Shown here: piece by piece, positions 1-14,440 of the stretch
Layout: each line of letters begins with the position of its first letter
How positions within the stretch are numbered: position 1 is the first letter of the stretch
Assembly (NCBI RefSeq): GCF_009914755.1
Contig: NC_060930.1
Source: the human T2T-CHM13v2.0 reference genome, Homo sapiens
Length of the DNA stretch: 64,000 bases
Reading direction: 5' to 3' (one strand)
Position numbers and translations under genes: made by a program
Notes under the pieces: model-generated
Told to the model about the DNA's origin: nothing
Database searches by the model: none
Seen by the model: only the letters and a program-made list of their open reading frames with translations

Positions 1-1064
1 ATAGTGATTTAAAAAATAAAAAAAAAAACTAAGTAAAATTACTTTGTATACTTATTTTAACTGAATATGTTTTTGACGTCTCCTTTTTTGCCTACCATAA
101 ATAACCTAATTGTCCACAAATAACGGTCAGAATTTTCTCCTTGTTGAACCACTGGAATGGGTGAGACTGTCAGCTACTGCCAGGGAAAACTCCTCACCAG
201 TCCAAGCCATTAGACCACTTGAGACTGTGGTGAAAAGCTGCGCAGAGTCTGTCACACAGGACGCTCTTGATGAATGTTAGGTGCTGATAGTGGGAAGAAG
301 ATGGCAGTAGAGAAAATGTACCGAGGATTGTTCAGGGCCCGTGTGATAGATAGGAGTTGGTCAAAAACATTGCTGAGAAACAAAATAGGATTTGACTAAA
401 TGAGGAATGACCTAGTTTGAATTGAAAGGCTTACTTTTACAAAGCATGTCATTTGTCCCTGATGAAAATATCAGAGATATTCTTGAAAACATTATAAAAT
501 GATTCTGAACTTTATTTGTAAGAAATTTAAATTAGTATGACCTTAAAAGTAAATTTGGACAGAGTAATGAGGAGGACTCCTAGAATTGTTATACAAGTTA
601 CCCAGTAATTTGAATGTAAGTAGTTGAACCGAGAGTCTGACGTGCTGGCAGACACCCCATGCTCATATTGTTTTCTGGCTCCTTCCCTCTTTTCTTTCCC
701 TTTGCTAAGTAGGTATTCTGAATGTTATTAAGGATCTCTTAGTGTAGTGGAGTAAACAGTTCTGCAAGGAAGTAATGACAAGGCTATTTGGTAATTTCTT
801 ATAGGAGTAAGAAAAAAGTTCTTTTGGAACACAGAGGAGTGGGAGGCCAATTTTACTTTACTGCTTGGTGCTGAAATGCTCTTGGACCAAAACAAATGGA
901 TAATTTTAAATGTCTGGTAATTCAGTTTGCAGAGGGGATTAAAGGTGTAGAGTAAGAAGAATCAATACCGTGTGTTGGATATTAAGCAATTGGTAATTAA
1001 TCTTGCTTCCTTTATCTTGACAAGATGTGCTTTTTCACTTACAATTTGCTTGTTTCCTCCTTAG

Positions 1065-1168
1065 GATTTTGCAGGTTAATTCCTCACACACGTTCACCAG
1101 GTACTTGGACAATATATTTTGAAGGTGCAGATTATGAAAGTCACCTTCTGCGTGAGAACACAGAGCTG
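1065..1168 (+). CDS. AFDN: Afadin coding exon, (G)FCRLIPHTRSPGTWTIYFEGADYESHLLRENTEL; linker upstream of the PDZ
   Basis: Acceptor tttcctccttag|GA; 104 nt = 2 nt + 34 codons; ends at non-canonical donor CTG|gcaagt, in phase 0 with the next exon; peptide recognised as afadin. Confidence 0.93.
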
Positions 1169-1826
1169 GCAAGTATTTTGAGGGTACCATGAGGTGAAAT
1201 GGATCCTTAGGACTTGAAGATGTGATGCAGATTTGTTTCTTTCTTACACTGAAGATTGGTGTGATGGCAGAGTTTTAAAATCACTGTTAAATACTGATAT
1301 TCAGAAATTTTCAAGCCATAATTCATATATATGTATTTTTTCCTCCCAAGCCATGTCTATTACAGTTTTGTCTGTAAGCAGTGGTGCTTTTTAAAATAAA
1401 GAACACTTATACCCATGGTTGTACCAGTCTTAATACATATTTTAAAACATATTAATATGATAACCTTAAAATATTTTCTTAAAATTCTTTGGCAGAAATA
1501 TTTCATTCTTTTATAGTCAGTTCTGCCTTGTCTTAAATATATATCAAGCCATTTAGTAATATTTTATATCTTTTTGAAAGAGTGGTAAATCCCAAAATTT
1601 CCCAGTTTCATACATGTTAAGAACAATTCTACTTTGCCTCATATAGACAGTTTTAAACACAAACAGGAATTTTTGTATATTCAAAGTAATTAATTTGGCT
1701 TCCTGGCATACCTTAGGTTTGAGCATCATATCATGGCCATCTCCAGAAATTGAATTAATTGATGATCGTTCTTTTGTACCAAATAGATGATCACATTGAA
1801 CTACTGACAAAGTGAACATACCCTAA

Positions 1827-2183
<357 letters not shown>

Positions 2184-3214
2184 TAACAGCAGCAACTTCT
2201 GTTTACCCAATTTTGTGGAAAAACAAGTACCTTCTAGGTAGATTCACTCATTCCTCGTCTTTTTAGTTTATTCTAAGATTCCTCAGGAGATTTCAGGTTT
2301 TGATTTAAAAAAAAAAATAATAATTCTAATGTCAACTAATTTTATTTTCCTTAAAATAGTCTCTTACAAGCTTTAGTTATTATCCTTCTAAATTAAAAAG
2401 CCATATGTATAATTACCACCTCTTGGCAAGGTACCTTCCTGCTTATATATTTAATTACTTAAGTTCCTCCTTAGTGTGTATGCACTGTTAATTTTCTTCT
2501 TGAATTTTGTTTACTCTTTGGCGTATAGGAGTGACATGTATAGAATACGTAACTTCAATGAGTAATTTTGCTTTCTCATTCTTTGAGTCTGTCAGGAGCT
2601 GTCTTGCCTTACGGTCTGTCAGTTTTAGGCTCCTTACCCAGCCAGGCGGGCTTCACTCAATAGCAGCGTGCTCTGGGTGTTGCTGCATGAGTCCTGCAGC
2701 GGCCCTGGTGCTGCGATTTAAAATAAAATGACTGCTGGGTTTTCGCAAGAGACAAAGACGTTAGGTCATCTTTGTTATAACCATTTTTTGCAGTCCTCCC
2801 CGTGGATAGTGTAAAATAAGTTTACATTTCTTCTTTGAAAACACAAAAAGACTGGTAATTTATTTTGAAAGGTAATAAAGTGAAAATTGAATTTTTTCCT
2901 TACGATCAGGCTTTCTACCTGATAGTAATGGGAGTTTAATTTTGTTTCATAAACTAAGTTCTTCAAATCAATTTAAATAGCATTTGTGACTAAATTCATC
3001 TTTAAGACTTGAGTCAAGAATATCGATTTAGTTTACCAGATTAATACCTGAAGAGTATCTATATTAATTGAAATTTTTTTTACTGTTTATCTTCTCATCC
3101 TTTTTCTTTCCCCATTTGCTCCAGTGAACATGATTGACTAGATCATGAGTTGTCTAACCATACAGAAGCACTTCCATTTCAGTCATAAAATAAACCTTTG
3201 TTTTCATCCTTTAG

Positions 3215-3301
3215 GCTCAGCCTCTGAGGAAAGAACCTGAAATAATCACTGTGACCCTAAAAAAGCAGAATGGAATGGGCCTTAGCATTGTTGCAGCAAA
3301 G
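3215..3301 (+). CDS. AFDN: Afadin exon, PDZ N-terminal part, AQPLRKEPEIITVTLKKQNGMGLSIVAAK
   Basis: catcctttag|GCT ... AAG|gtaggc; 87 nt = 29 codons; contains the GMGL carboxylate-binding loop. Confidence 0.97.
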
Positions 3302-3689
3302 GTAGGCCAATTAGTCACGTGCGAGTTGTTCTCTCCAGTCTTTCGGCATTGAATCAGTGGTTGTCAGAGTGGATCGTGTGGGAGTACTTTACCACCTGTG
3401 TATAACGTGCCTGTTCAGTTCTGTTTCTGCGTAGGAGAGGAATGGTGTTACATGAATGAAGCCAGTGTGCTCACTGGGCCCAATTAGTTGAGGGATGATC
3501 TCCTACTCTGAGAATGTAGCTAGAGTGATACTTTGAGATTGAGCAGATGGTGCTCAGAAGGAAACAATTTAAAGGCATAGTCAAAACTTGATTCGCACAG
3601 TGAGGAGAGAAAGCATTGCTACAGTAGAAAACTGCATCGTGGGAGTGGGGCACAGGGCTGTCACCTCATCATAGTGGGCCACTGGACTC

Positions 3690-3862
3690 CTTTCTCAGAC
3701 TCCAGTGCACATAAAAACCGCTAAGGACTTTGCTACACAAGGAGATTTCTGGTTCTCATTTCCAGGTGCCTTCCAGTAAGTCTGGTGTGGAGCTTAGGAA
3801 ATGGCATTCTTAACCTAGGCCTTATATAGTTCTGATAGGTGTTGACTGCTGGACCACCCTCC
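3690..3862. mobile_element. Degenerate MER5-like hAT fragment
   Basis: Resemblance by eye (agtaagtctggtgtggagcttaggaaatggcattcttaac ... ggaccaccct). Confidence 0.45.
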
Positions 3863-4650
3863 TGGAATTCTTGGGGTTTGAATCCCTTCACCTGCTAGTT
3901 TTGGCAGGATATTTAAAGCTACACAGATCTTTTCTTTGAGTTAAAGAAATGAGTATTGTGACTTGGTGTTACTCACTCATGAGCCTCTTCCAATATGGAA
4001 TCTCAATTATGTTTGCTTAGAATGAATTTTAGCTTTGAATCATATTTAGATATTTTCCATGAAACAAATATGTGTTTAGCTAATATTCAGTAACTAATGT
4101 TTCAGTCAACTTTGCTGATATTTTGCTTAAAAATAACACTTTGGCCACTACAATTTGTATTTTTGTTTCTATCTCTAGGGAATATATGAAAAGCTTGAAA
4201 CTGTTACATAGCAATATGATAGAAGTGCCTTCTGAATTACACAGTTAATGTGCCTTGAGAAATATTTTAATTGCTAATAGTCAAAAATTTTAGTTTATTT
4301 TTCTTTATACCAGAATTATATTATCCTGAATATTGATTTGGAAATAAATGGACTGTCATTTGAAACCTTGCCATTCCCATTGCTAGAGACCTGTGATTTT
4401 TAAAAGCTTTCACCGAAGCTTTTTCTTCCTCAGCTGCTCTAATTTGTGAAGGGTCCGTTTGAAATGAGGGTATAGGGGCAGGCCATGAGGTCAGCTTTGC
4501 AGCGAACAAGTGCAGAAGTATGAGAAAAAATGTTGAGGTCCTGGCTTTGAACCGAAGGCTAGATGGTGAGCTACTAAGTGGTCTAACAAGTACACAGGCT
4601 TTGCCTGGCTGGGCATATTTGCATCTACTGTCCCATCATGCTGTGAGACC

Positions 4651-4913
4651 TTTATTTTTATGTTTTAAAAGAGGCTGGGTCTTGCTGTGTCACCCAGGCT
4701 GGAGTGCAGTGGCACAATCACAGCTTTGAACTCCTGGGCCAAGTGATCCTCCGGCCTCAGCCTCCCAAGTAGCTAGGACTACAGGAGCATACCACCATGC
4801 CTGGCTAATTTTAAAAACTTTTTTAGAGACAGGGTCTCGCTATGCTGCCCAGGCTGATCTCGATCAAACTCCTGGCCTCAACCAGTCCTCCCACTTCGGC
4901 CTCCCAAAGTGCT
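4651..4913 (-). mobile_element. AluJ-like element, antisense, degenerate
   Basis: cacccaggctggagtgcagtggc ... ctcccaaagtgct. Confidence 0.88.
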
Positions 4914-7900
4914 AACAAAGCTTTTGTGTCCTACTTTGCAAGGACTTGCTGGCAGCTCACTCTGCTCATCTCTGTCCCCTAAATCAGGGTACTTTTAGAA
5001 CTGGAATTAAATCATGAGTTTGGTATCTTTTTTCCTGTCAGACTGATTCTGTAGCATCTTCTTTGTAGCTATCCCCACTCCCAGACACAGTCCCCAGCAT
5101 ATAGTAGGCAAAAAATACTTGTTGAAAAATAGCAAATAAGAACAATTTTTTTTTACCGAGTGGATATTTGATTTGCTGTTACACAGGTTTAATCCTGGAA
5201 GTTAGTTTATTTAAAATAACACATTACCAGCTATATTAGCACAACTCTCACTGAATTAGCTATGAGGAAAATTTGTTATCCATAATCTTAGTCATAACAA
5301 CACAAATGCCTACGAAACAATATGTGATTAAGATCTAGTACAAGTACCATAAAACTTTACCTTTGTGTATTTTGGAGAAATTAAGAAGATGAATGGGCGT
5401 TGTAGCGGTTGTGGAGGGCATCTTGGGAGAGGTGGAGTTTCAGCTAATCCTTGGAACAAACATAATTGGGATAAAGGAATAAGGGAGATATATTGTGGGT
5501 GGGAGTGAGAGCACAAGCAGAGATAGAAGAAACGAGTCTTGTGTGGGCCACTTTTGGATAAGGTGAGACCTGTGCGATTACTAAGGAGAGCAGAATAAGG
5601 AAGGCAGTGCTTAATTAGTTTTAAAACTCTTGATTGACAGGTTAAGGAGTCTGTGCCTTATCTTGTAGGCACCACAAAGAAATGCAGGATTTAGAACAAA
5701 AGAGGAACATGATGAAACTGACATTTTAGGAGGCTTCATCTGGGTCTGGTGTGCAGGATGGATTAGAAGAACCTGGGACGAAAGGTGGGCATCTGTTCAG
5801 GAGTTCGTCAGAGGAACCTGAACCCTTTTAGCGTATGGGTTGAAGGTGATGCGTGGGGCATAGTAAGCTGCCTCTCAGAGACCAAGACGTGTGGGGTTCA
5901 CCTGTGCAGGCAGAGGGTAGTCCAGGGCCCTTCAGTCCACCTCACCATCCAGAATTTCTGCTTACTCCTGGTAAGGGTCCTGCTCACAGGCCATGTTTCC
6001 AGGCTGTTGCAATTTAAGGGACCAGAACTCAAACATTTGGAGATGTAAAAGGGGAACTGTCAGCCATAGAGCTATGTTTTCTCTTTGCTTACCGACTGAG
6101 TCAATGCCCATTTTCAGGAAAAAATCAGAATCACAAATTACCCTACTGTACTCAAATCTGTGGGCAGAATGTAACCTCCATATTTTCTGTTATGTTCATC
6201 CTGTAACCTTATTTTAAATGCTCTTCTTACCTGGGGTTTTAAGAGTGTGGAGGTGGAAGTATGGGGCTTCCAAGATCAGTGTCCACCTCTTCCAGTTAAA
6301 AGAAGTATCTTGCAGTACAAAACTATTTGTTTCCTATAGATTCAAGTCTAATTTACTTCTGCATTCAGTCTTTCAGAGTTTTTGGTATTCTCTTTCGCAT
6401 GATTTCCGGATGTATAAAGGAACCAGCATTACCTTACAGCAGGGCAGAAGGAGCGGAGCTCTGGGTTCACTTGGCACTTTCTCACCCTCTGCTGGGTGGC
6501 CTCTGGCCTCTGGTTGTTTGTCTCTGAATTTTGACCTCTGTCCTTGCCAGGGTGACAGGGGGCAATTAGGACAACAAGCCAGCTTGAAAGTCACACCTGA
6601 GCCTCTGTTCAGTTTTACTGTGGCAATGCAGGCAAGAGGCTGAGGGACAAGGTGCCAGCCCCAGTGTCAGGTGACAGTCAGATGATGCCCAGATGAGGAG
6701 AATCCTCTCACTTCAAGGAGGAGCTCCAGAAGGAAGATTCTGCCAGTTATGAACCTGGGAGGGAAGAGGGGAAGGAGTGCAAAAGGTGTCAGGAAAAGTG
6801 CCTCAGCTCAGACGCTCAGGCACGGGTGCAGAGCCCTAGGAGTGCCCGACTGTGCCTGAGTCCAGGGAGCCCATGCTGCTTGAATGGGCTCCACCCGGCC
6901 TCTGCCCATTTGTGCATCCATGCTGCTGCCCACACCTGTCTTTGCTTCTTGTTTTTAGATCCTTGCACTTGGTCACCTCTTCCACACCCAGCCTCTGCTA
7001 ATCCCTAATCCCCTCTTCTGTGGGGTGTGAAGTCCCCTGAGCTGCTGTATGTCCTCTTTGCATTTGCTCTTACACAAGGAAGCCTCAGAAGAAACACAGC
7101 CTTCTCTCTGTATCTTCAATGGAAAGTAATTTTGTCATAAAAATAACTGACTCTGGAATCTTTGCTATTACGAAAATATTTGTCATGTGTGGTGAAAAGG
7201 TACAGTAGGTATCAGTGTAGTACAATTACTGGCTTCCGTGAGTCTAATGTGATTTAGGAGTCTGCAGGGGTTAGCTTCAGGGTATATTGTAATTTCAAGA
7301 CTAGGTTCTTTGTACTTTTACTAGTATTAGAATAAACTTAGTATGAAAGTGGTGTCTAATAGTTAAAATAATATTTCAGAAAGACTATTACTGCCTATCG
7401 TGTGAAAAGTAGAGTGTAAATTTTCACTTTTAAACTTTAAATCTCCAGCATTAAAAAAAAAAAAAATTAACAAAAGATATTTACAAAGATTTGTAAAGAA
7501 GACCAGGAAATAACAATGTTAATAGTACTTCTAACTGGGTTGTAGGCTATATTAATAGAATTGGGGCTTAATGGGGCATAGTAACAGCGTAGAAGGTTAG
7601 GTACATACAGTCAAAAAGATGGACCTTTCACCAGCTGAAGCTAGATTGGGGATGTGTCTGATGTGCATGTCTACACTGCACCTGCAAATTTGTGACTCCT
7701 GAATTAAACATGCTTCCCTCCCCCTCCTCAGGTCACTCACACAGCAAGTCTTCCCTGGTAAGAGGAAGGTGAAGGTAGTTGTCCCCTTAGAGCAGGACAC
7801 TCCAAAAGACAGCCTGAAGAGGTTTTGAGCACCCGCTCTATTTGGCATCCTTGTCTCACTCTCCCATGCATGGCTTTGCTGCCTCCGTGAGGAGTCAGAC

Positions 7901-8130
7901 GGGAAGAGGTAGAGAGTGGCTGGAAAGGCCCTGCTCTTCCCTTTGCTGGGGACATAGACCTGTGTGTCCCTTTTCTAAAGTGGGGAGTGATCCTCCCTAA
8001 CTTGTAGATGATGTTCACTTTGTTCTTGTTTTTGGTCTTTTCAAATACCTTCCACAGTGAATAATGTGTATAAATTGAAAACTGGAAGAAAGAAAAGGGA
8101 GTTCAGATTTAGTTCTAAAATGGTTAACTT

Positions 8131-8430
8131 GGCCAGGCGCCATGGCTCATGCCTATAATCCCAGCAGATGGGTTTAGGCCGAGGCAGGAGGATCACTTGA
8201 GCCCAGGAGTTCGAGACCAGTCCAGGCAACAAGGTGAGACCCCATTTCTACAAAAAAATCAAAAAGTATACTGAGTGTGATGATGTGCGCCTGTGGTCCC
8301 AGTTACACTGGCGGCTGAGGCAGGAGGATGGTTTGAGCTCAGGAGGCTGAGGCTGTGGTGAACTTTTTTTTCATCATTGCACCCCAGCCCAGGTAACAGG
8401 GCAAGACCCTGTCTCATAATAACAATAATA
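8131..8430 (+). mobile_element. AluJ-like element, sense
   Basis: ggccaggcgc... dimer; flanking duplication AAAATGGTTAA. Confidence 0.92.
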
Positions 8431-8829
8431 AAATGGTTAATCATCAGCTTATAAAATAGATTTAGTGAGACTAAGCGTGGATTTGACGCTCATGAAAGTT
8501 TTTTTTACCTAGTGATAAAAGTTTTCTTCTCCTGGTGAGATGTCTATGATCTTAGTCACTTCATCAGCACATGCCCCTTGACCACTTGAAAGATGAGACA
8601 GAATAATATGAGTGATGAATTATATGGTTGATGGTCATTATCCATGGCTGTTTGCAGAATGTCTAAACTGCGCTCCAGAGTGGAAGTCAGTGCTGAACTT
8701 GAAGGATGAGTCAGTGTTAGCCAGGTCAAGGATGGCAGCGGGCCCTGTGCACAGGCTCAGCCCAGTTTGGGCTGTCAGGGGAAGCCATGTGGGGTGTGTG
8801 GAGAGGCAGATAGGACCGGATCATAGAGT

Positions 8830-8985
8830 ACAGTGTCAGCAAGCTTTTTCTGTAAGGGCCCAGACTGTGGAGATTTTCTGCTTTGCAGGCCATGTGGAAT
8901 CTGTTGCCCTGAGTAGTTCTGCTATCATGGCAGCCACAGGGCAGTTTGTGGCATAGCGTGGCTGTGTTCCAATAAAACTTCATAA
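8830..8985 (-). mobile_element. MER58A-like hAT fragment
   Basis: cagcaagctttttctgtaagggcccaga ... gctgtgttccaataaaactt; resembles the copy at 30046. Confidence 0.7.
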
Positions 8986-9009
8986 AGAAAGGCCTTGTGA
9001 TGGTGGGTC

Positions 9010-9670
9010 TGGACAGAGCTGAGGATTTTATTATAGGTGAAATAAGGACCCTTGAGGTTTAAATGAGGCATGATATGATTAGAGTGCAGTTTTTAAAGTT
9101 TATTTTTACAACTCTGGAACATGGATTAGAGACGCTCAGAAGTACAACCAGAGACTAGTAAGTAAGTTGTACTAGTTTTCCAGATGAGAGGTCGTGGAGG
9201 CTTACAATAGGGTCGTGGCAGTGGAGATGAGATGGTTTGCTCTGTGTGCAGAGGACAAAGGCGTTCTGGAACAGACACCCCGTGAAGGCGGGCATCTTCT
9301 CTTGTCCACTATTGAAAGGTTGACAGTTTCTGGTTATGGTAGGTACTGATACATATTTGTTGAATGGCAGTTTTTGGATTGGCTTATGAGTTGCAGTAGT
9401 GGATGAAAGAGGGAAGTATGATGAATCTCAAGAAGATGAATCTTGATTCTGTCTTGAGCAGCTGGACATATGGAGGTGTGATTTACAAAGGCAGGGAAAC
9501 TGAAGGGGGCAGGCATGGTGGCATCAGGAGTTCAGCTTTGAACATGTCACACTGGAGATGTGGGATGCCTGTTCAGGTGAGTGAATAGATTATCTAGTAG
9601 ATAGTTGGATAGTGAAGCTCAGAAGGTTAGAGCTAGAGATAAAATTTGGATGTCAGCATATAGATGCTCT
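9010..9670 (-). mobile_element. L2 LINE remnants
   Basis: aggagttcagctttgaacatgt ... gagctagagataaaatttgga, typical of L2 (by eye). Confidence 0.55.
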
Positions 9671-12600
9671 GAAGGAAATAAAGAAAATGGCCTGTTAATT
9701 GGACAGTGTAACATTTTCAGAAATGAAGCATCTGTTAATGCCTTTTCTTGAAATGAGAGAAATGAATCTAGCAGTTCCCTGGCATACTGGATTACTAAAT
9801 ACAGTCCATTTTTTTTCCAGTTTACTTGTAATTTCTGGTACTTGGAAAGTCATCTAATACATACACACTGCCGAGATAACACTGTATAGTTGATAGGTAT
9901 GTGGGTCTGCTTACATCATTATAATAGAGTGGAGGTATTTTTGAGATTTCAGGGGTGTATTCTGAGTGCAGGGTAGGGCAGTATACAGGGGGATTTCACC
10001 GTTAGCCCTGCCCTGCGTCTTACTGAGCGTGTTGGTGTGGCAGCATCACATAGGATTCTGTTTATGCCTGGGCTTTTCAGTCACGCTGCTGCTGTGCATA
10101 TTCTGCTCCTGCCACTGGCAGCCTTGGAGCACGGAGCCCATGGCACCCCCTCTCAAAGCCTCAGTTTCCTTGCCTTTAATATAGTAGTAATAGTTATAGT
10201 TACCTCAGCTCTTCAGAGAGAGAAGCTGTGTCAGGCATGTTGAGCCTGGTATTGGATAATCACCTGCTGTTTGTATTCTTGTTAGTCTCATGAGTGTGTG
10301 GTATATGTTTTTTCTGCAGAGGAACCTATAGACTTGTGTCGTTAAATTTTACCCCTAGTCATTTGTGTGCTTTTCTTGTTTTCTATAAGCTGCGTGGTTT
10401 TTGTCTTTGGCCCGTTCTTTTTTCCTTTTCTAAATTGGTGTATGGGGTAGCTGCTGTAACCCTGAACCATGTTTTGATGTTAAGTTCCCTGACTCGCCTT
10501 CCACACGGTGGTTAAGTTTTATGAAATCCAGATGATTTGGAAGCAGTGTGGGTATGCAGTTTACTTTTTAAAACATTGCTTTTGGGGACGGTCAGCAGGC
10601 TACTTCTTGGTCATCTGTGGGACAACATGATGCTTCCTGTTTAATTTGGATTTTAAAATTACAAACAATTCCCTCCTTTTTATTTTTCTAAGTCTTTTTA
10701 AAGTTTAAAAGTACAAAGCGAATAGCAGTCAGCGTGGACTGGTTACGTAAGAGCCTGAATATTGCATTGGTTCTAGGTCGTGTTGATAAATGCCATACAG
10801 GGTCATAGCATCCAGCGCAGAATGTGGTGATCCCGGTCTTGAAAAACCAGCTGTCTTGGTTGCTGTTGAAAACTGAGAGAAGTAGACGGTTGATTTTCAG
10901 TTCATGAAGTTGTTGTGGTCCCGGAAATGAAAATGTGGTTCTCTGTTGTTGGAAGAACACAGTCAGTGGTGAGTTTCTTCAGGGGGCAGTTGCCGGTGTT
11001 CTCGTGCTCACTGTGGTCTTGAAGGAATGCTTTTTCTTTCAGTGTAACTTGTTTAAACCTGTCAATAATTAACTTGCTCATGAAGCAACAACCGTTTAAT
11101 GTAGCTTGTAATTACACACTCTTTTTTTGTTTTTGCTACTTTTGTGCTGCAAATTCTTAAGCTTCATAAAAACATAAGCCTTCTGTATGCTTCTTATTTA
11201 AGAAAACAGCCATGATATTTCATCCTGCTGGGTATAATATGGTGAAGGTTGCTTTAAATATGATAACTGCCGCTATGTAACTTGCTGAAGACATGGACAA
11301 GAATATCTATGATGTAACCTGTATTTGGCCCCATTAGGTGGTTTTAACTACAGCCTTTCTCTAAGACCTGTTTTTTCTAAAAGTGAACATAAAAATGACA
11401 CTTTTAAAAGTACTTAGGATATTTTACTATTTTATTTAAAAATAAATGGTTAATTAATGCCTTAAGTATGTTCAAGTTTATACTTTTAGACAATGTACTG
11501 ATTTAAAGTTTTAAAATCTTAAAATCTTAGCTTAAAACATAAGATTCCTATGCCCTAAAAATGAGATGGTAAAGACTGTTTATTAACATGCCTTCTCACT
11601 GTTTAGAGAGTCAGTTTCTCGCATAAACTGTAATTTAGTCCTTTGAAGACTTTGAGACCTTCTCTTGTGTTCTTTAATGGTCTAATTATGACCATGTGGG
11701 AAACACCTAGTCAAACAAATGAAGTCAGGAAATTCCGGGTTCCTTTTTAGTCAGTTCCAAAGACCTATTGTGCTTACATTTCTTCCACGGAGATGCCAGA
11801 AACATCTTTCCACTAAGTTGTATGAAGTGACACTGCCCCTCATGGCTTCTTATGAATTTGGAAACAATATATTTGTGTATCAAAAGCAAAATAGTAAATT
11901 ATATAAAAGAATACTATTTTTACCTGGTTTATAATTTTGGCCTAAGTGCTGATTTCTTGGATTGGCTGAAATACTGAATTCAAGTACAACATTAAAATAA
12001 CATAATAGGAACATAAAATGTTGATCCTCTAAAGAGCCATCATAGAAAATGATAATTTGTAGAGTTTACCTGGATGTAGAATATTGGCTGTGGGGTAGCC
12101 CAGAGGTTCACACTGCCCCAGGCTTGCCCCATCTCTCTCAGTGGAATCTTAAGTGATCCAGACCCATCCCCTGCACAGGCCAGGACTCTGGGGAGCTTTG
12201 TCAGGAGTGTCAGGCTCACCTCCAGTGGTCTCTTGTGCCTGAAAATCTGCTGAGTCGCACACCGCTTTGCGAGGCTAAGGAGAGTTGTGCACTCTACCCT
12301 GGTGAAATTCACACACCTGCAAATGTCGCGTGCGGTCTTTCGGGGTTTATGGGCTTCCTGCATCCCATCTGTGGGACCACCTTCGTTCCCTTCATTTTAT
12401 GGAGAGGGAAGAGATAGATGTGGTCTGTTGGGTTTGTATTTTATACAAAGCATAAACGAAACCCAGAGCTGGAACTACAGCCTTGCTCATAGATATCAAG
12501 CTCAGTTACCTTGCTCACAGCACCAAACCTGCTGGGGGTAACTTACCATGGACTTCCAAGGTTGCTGAATGTAGAATTCATATACAAAGTGAATTTTAGA

Positions 12601-14151
12601 ACTGATTATTTCACAATTAAGGTAATTCCTACCCAAGAAGAGAGATCTTTAGAATGTTTTTAAAACCCAAGCCTGGATTTACTTATCTGACTAGAAGTAA
12701 AGCAGTTGAAAAACCCGGAGGAGAGCAGCGAGCGGGCAGAGTGTCAACAGAAGTATGCCTGATGACTGAAATACTTCTGGGCTCTGAGGTCATTTCAGCC
12801 ACTTATTGTTCTAAAATCACCAGCCAGAGAACCCAGGCTAGGTTTTCTTACCTGAGAACAATAGGGTTGGATTCATGATGATTTGGCCAGCATATCTTTC
12901 TTCCTCCTGCTCTTTTTTTTTTGGATTGTGTTTTAATGATGTCTTTATGCTGTTTATCACGTTGTACTCCCACACGCACTCAGGGTTTGCTACTGGAATG
13001 TTTGAAGCCTAGGCTCCGCCTGACCGAGCCTCCCTGTGCGTGTGGGGAGACTACCTACACTTCTATAAGCCCTCTTCTGAAAAGGTGCAGTAAAAGAATT
13101 AGAGAAGACATTTGGGGAGCAGTCTTTTCCTTGTTGCCATTTCTCATCGGATGTACAAAGCAACTTATAGGTGCGTGCTTCTTTCTCAGTTCTAGGGAAA
13201 GTTGAATGTATGGCAGCTGAGTTATTTCTGTTTTTTATTATAATTTTTGATAACTTTTTGTTCATTTATTGCCATTCTCTCTTGTAACTCATTCTACAGG
13301 TGAATTTCAGATACAGCTTTGGTTCATCCTTTTTTGTCCTCCTTTCTTCTCTCTCCTCTCCCTCGTTAGTCCCATCCCCACTCTGAAACCCCCTTCTTCC
13401 TTTTTAATGGAAAGAAAGGCAGTTTCAAGAGGCATTTTAAGATTAAAATGTTAAGATCAAACAGGCAGTGATCTTTGTGTTTCCTTTTTGCGTGTTTTTT
13501 AAAGGATACAAGATCTAAATCTTCTGCCAGTGTGTGCTACACGTTGGGTACCCTCTGATACGCTGAAATTGCATTGAAGAGCACAAAGGCTGAACATAGC
13601 AGTGTGGACGCTGTACTGCAGATGTTCTCAGGGGCCTCCAGACGGGGAAAAGTGTATTTAAAAATTTACCTCTGGTATTTAAGTGTGGTTAATTAAATTC
13701 CAAAATTGTACTTAATGAAATTTGTAATTCCTGATGTCTTTGGAATCTGTAACTGCTTTTCAGAAGACCTCTGCCTCAACTTTTCTTTAAAGAAACTGGT
13801 TTGTTAAATGAGGAATGAGTAATCCTGAATAATTAGTTTTGCAGAGAATAAATGGACTAAAATGCAATAATATCTTTTCAAATACCATATTTAGGTACCT
13901 TTAAGCAAGTAATCCTTAAAACTATTTAGCCTTTCTGGAGTTATCTATAATATTGTGTTCTCAATTTTAATGGCTCTTTTGCTTTTCTTTTTTTTTTCTT
14001 TTGGTTGGAAATCAGGATGTGTAATGTTAGCATGTAAATTATAGTATGGTAAAATCTTGTTTTTGCCATATTATCTGCATAATTGTAAATGTGTTGCTAG
14101 TACCTATCATTACTCATAACAAACATACTATGAAAATCTACATTATTGGTG

Positions 14152-14440
14152 CAGCACTATCCGATAGAAATATAATATGAGCTACATGGGGAATTTTCAG
14201 TTTTCTGCTAGCTGTGTTTTTTTAAAAAGTGAAGTTAATTTTAATACCATATTTTATATTATCTAATACATCAGAAATGTTATTTCAACATGCAGTCAAT
14301 ATAAAAATCATCAATGAGATAGTTCACATTCTTTTCTCCATACTAAGTCTCTGCATTTCCATATTTCAGTTTGGATGAGCCACACTTTCAGTGCTCTGTC
14401 ACCACCTGTGGCCTGCCTACTGCCATACTGAACAGCACAG
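14152..14440. mobile_element. MER33-like hAT element
   Basis: cagcactatccgatagaaatataatatgagc ... gccatactgaacagcacag. Confidence 0.7.
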
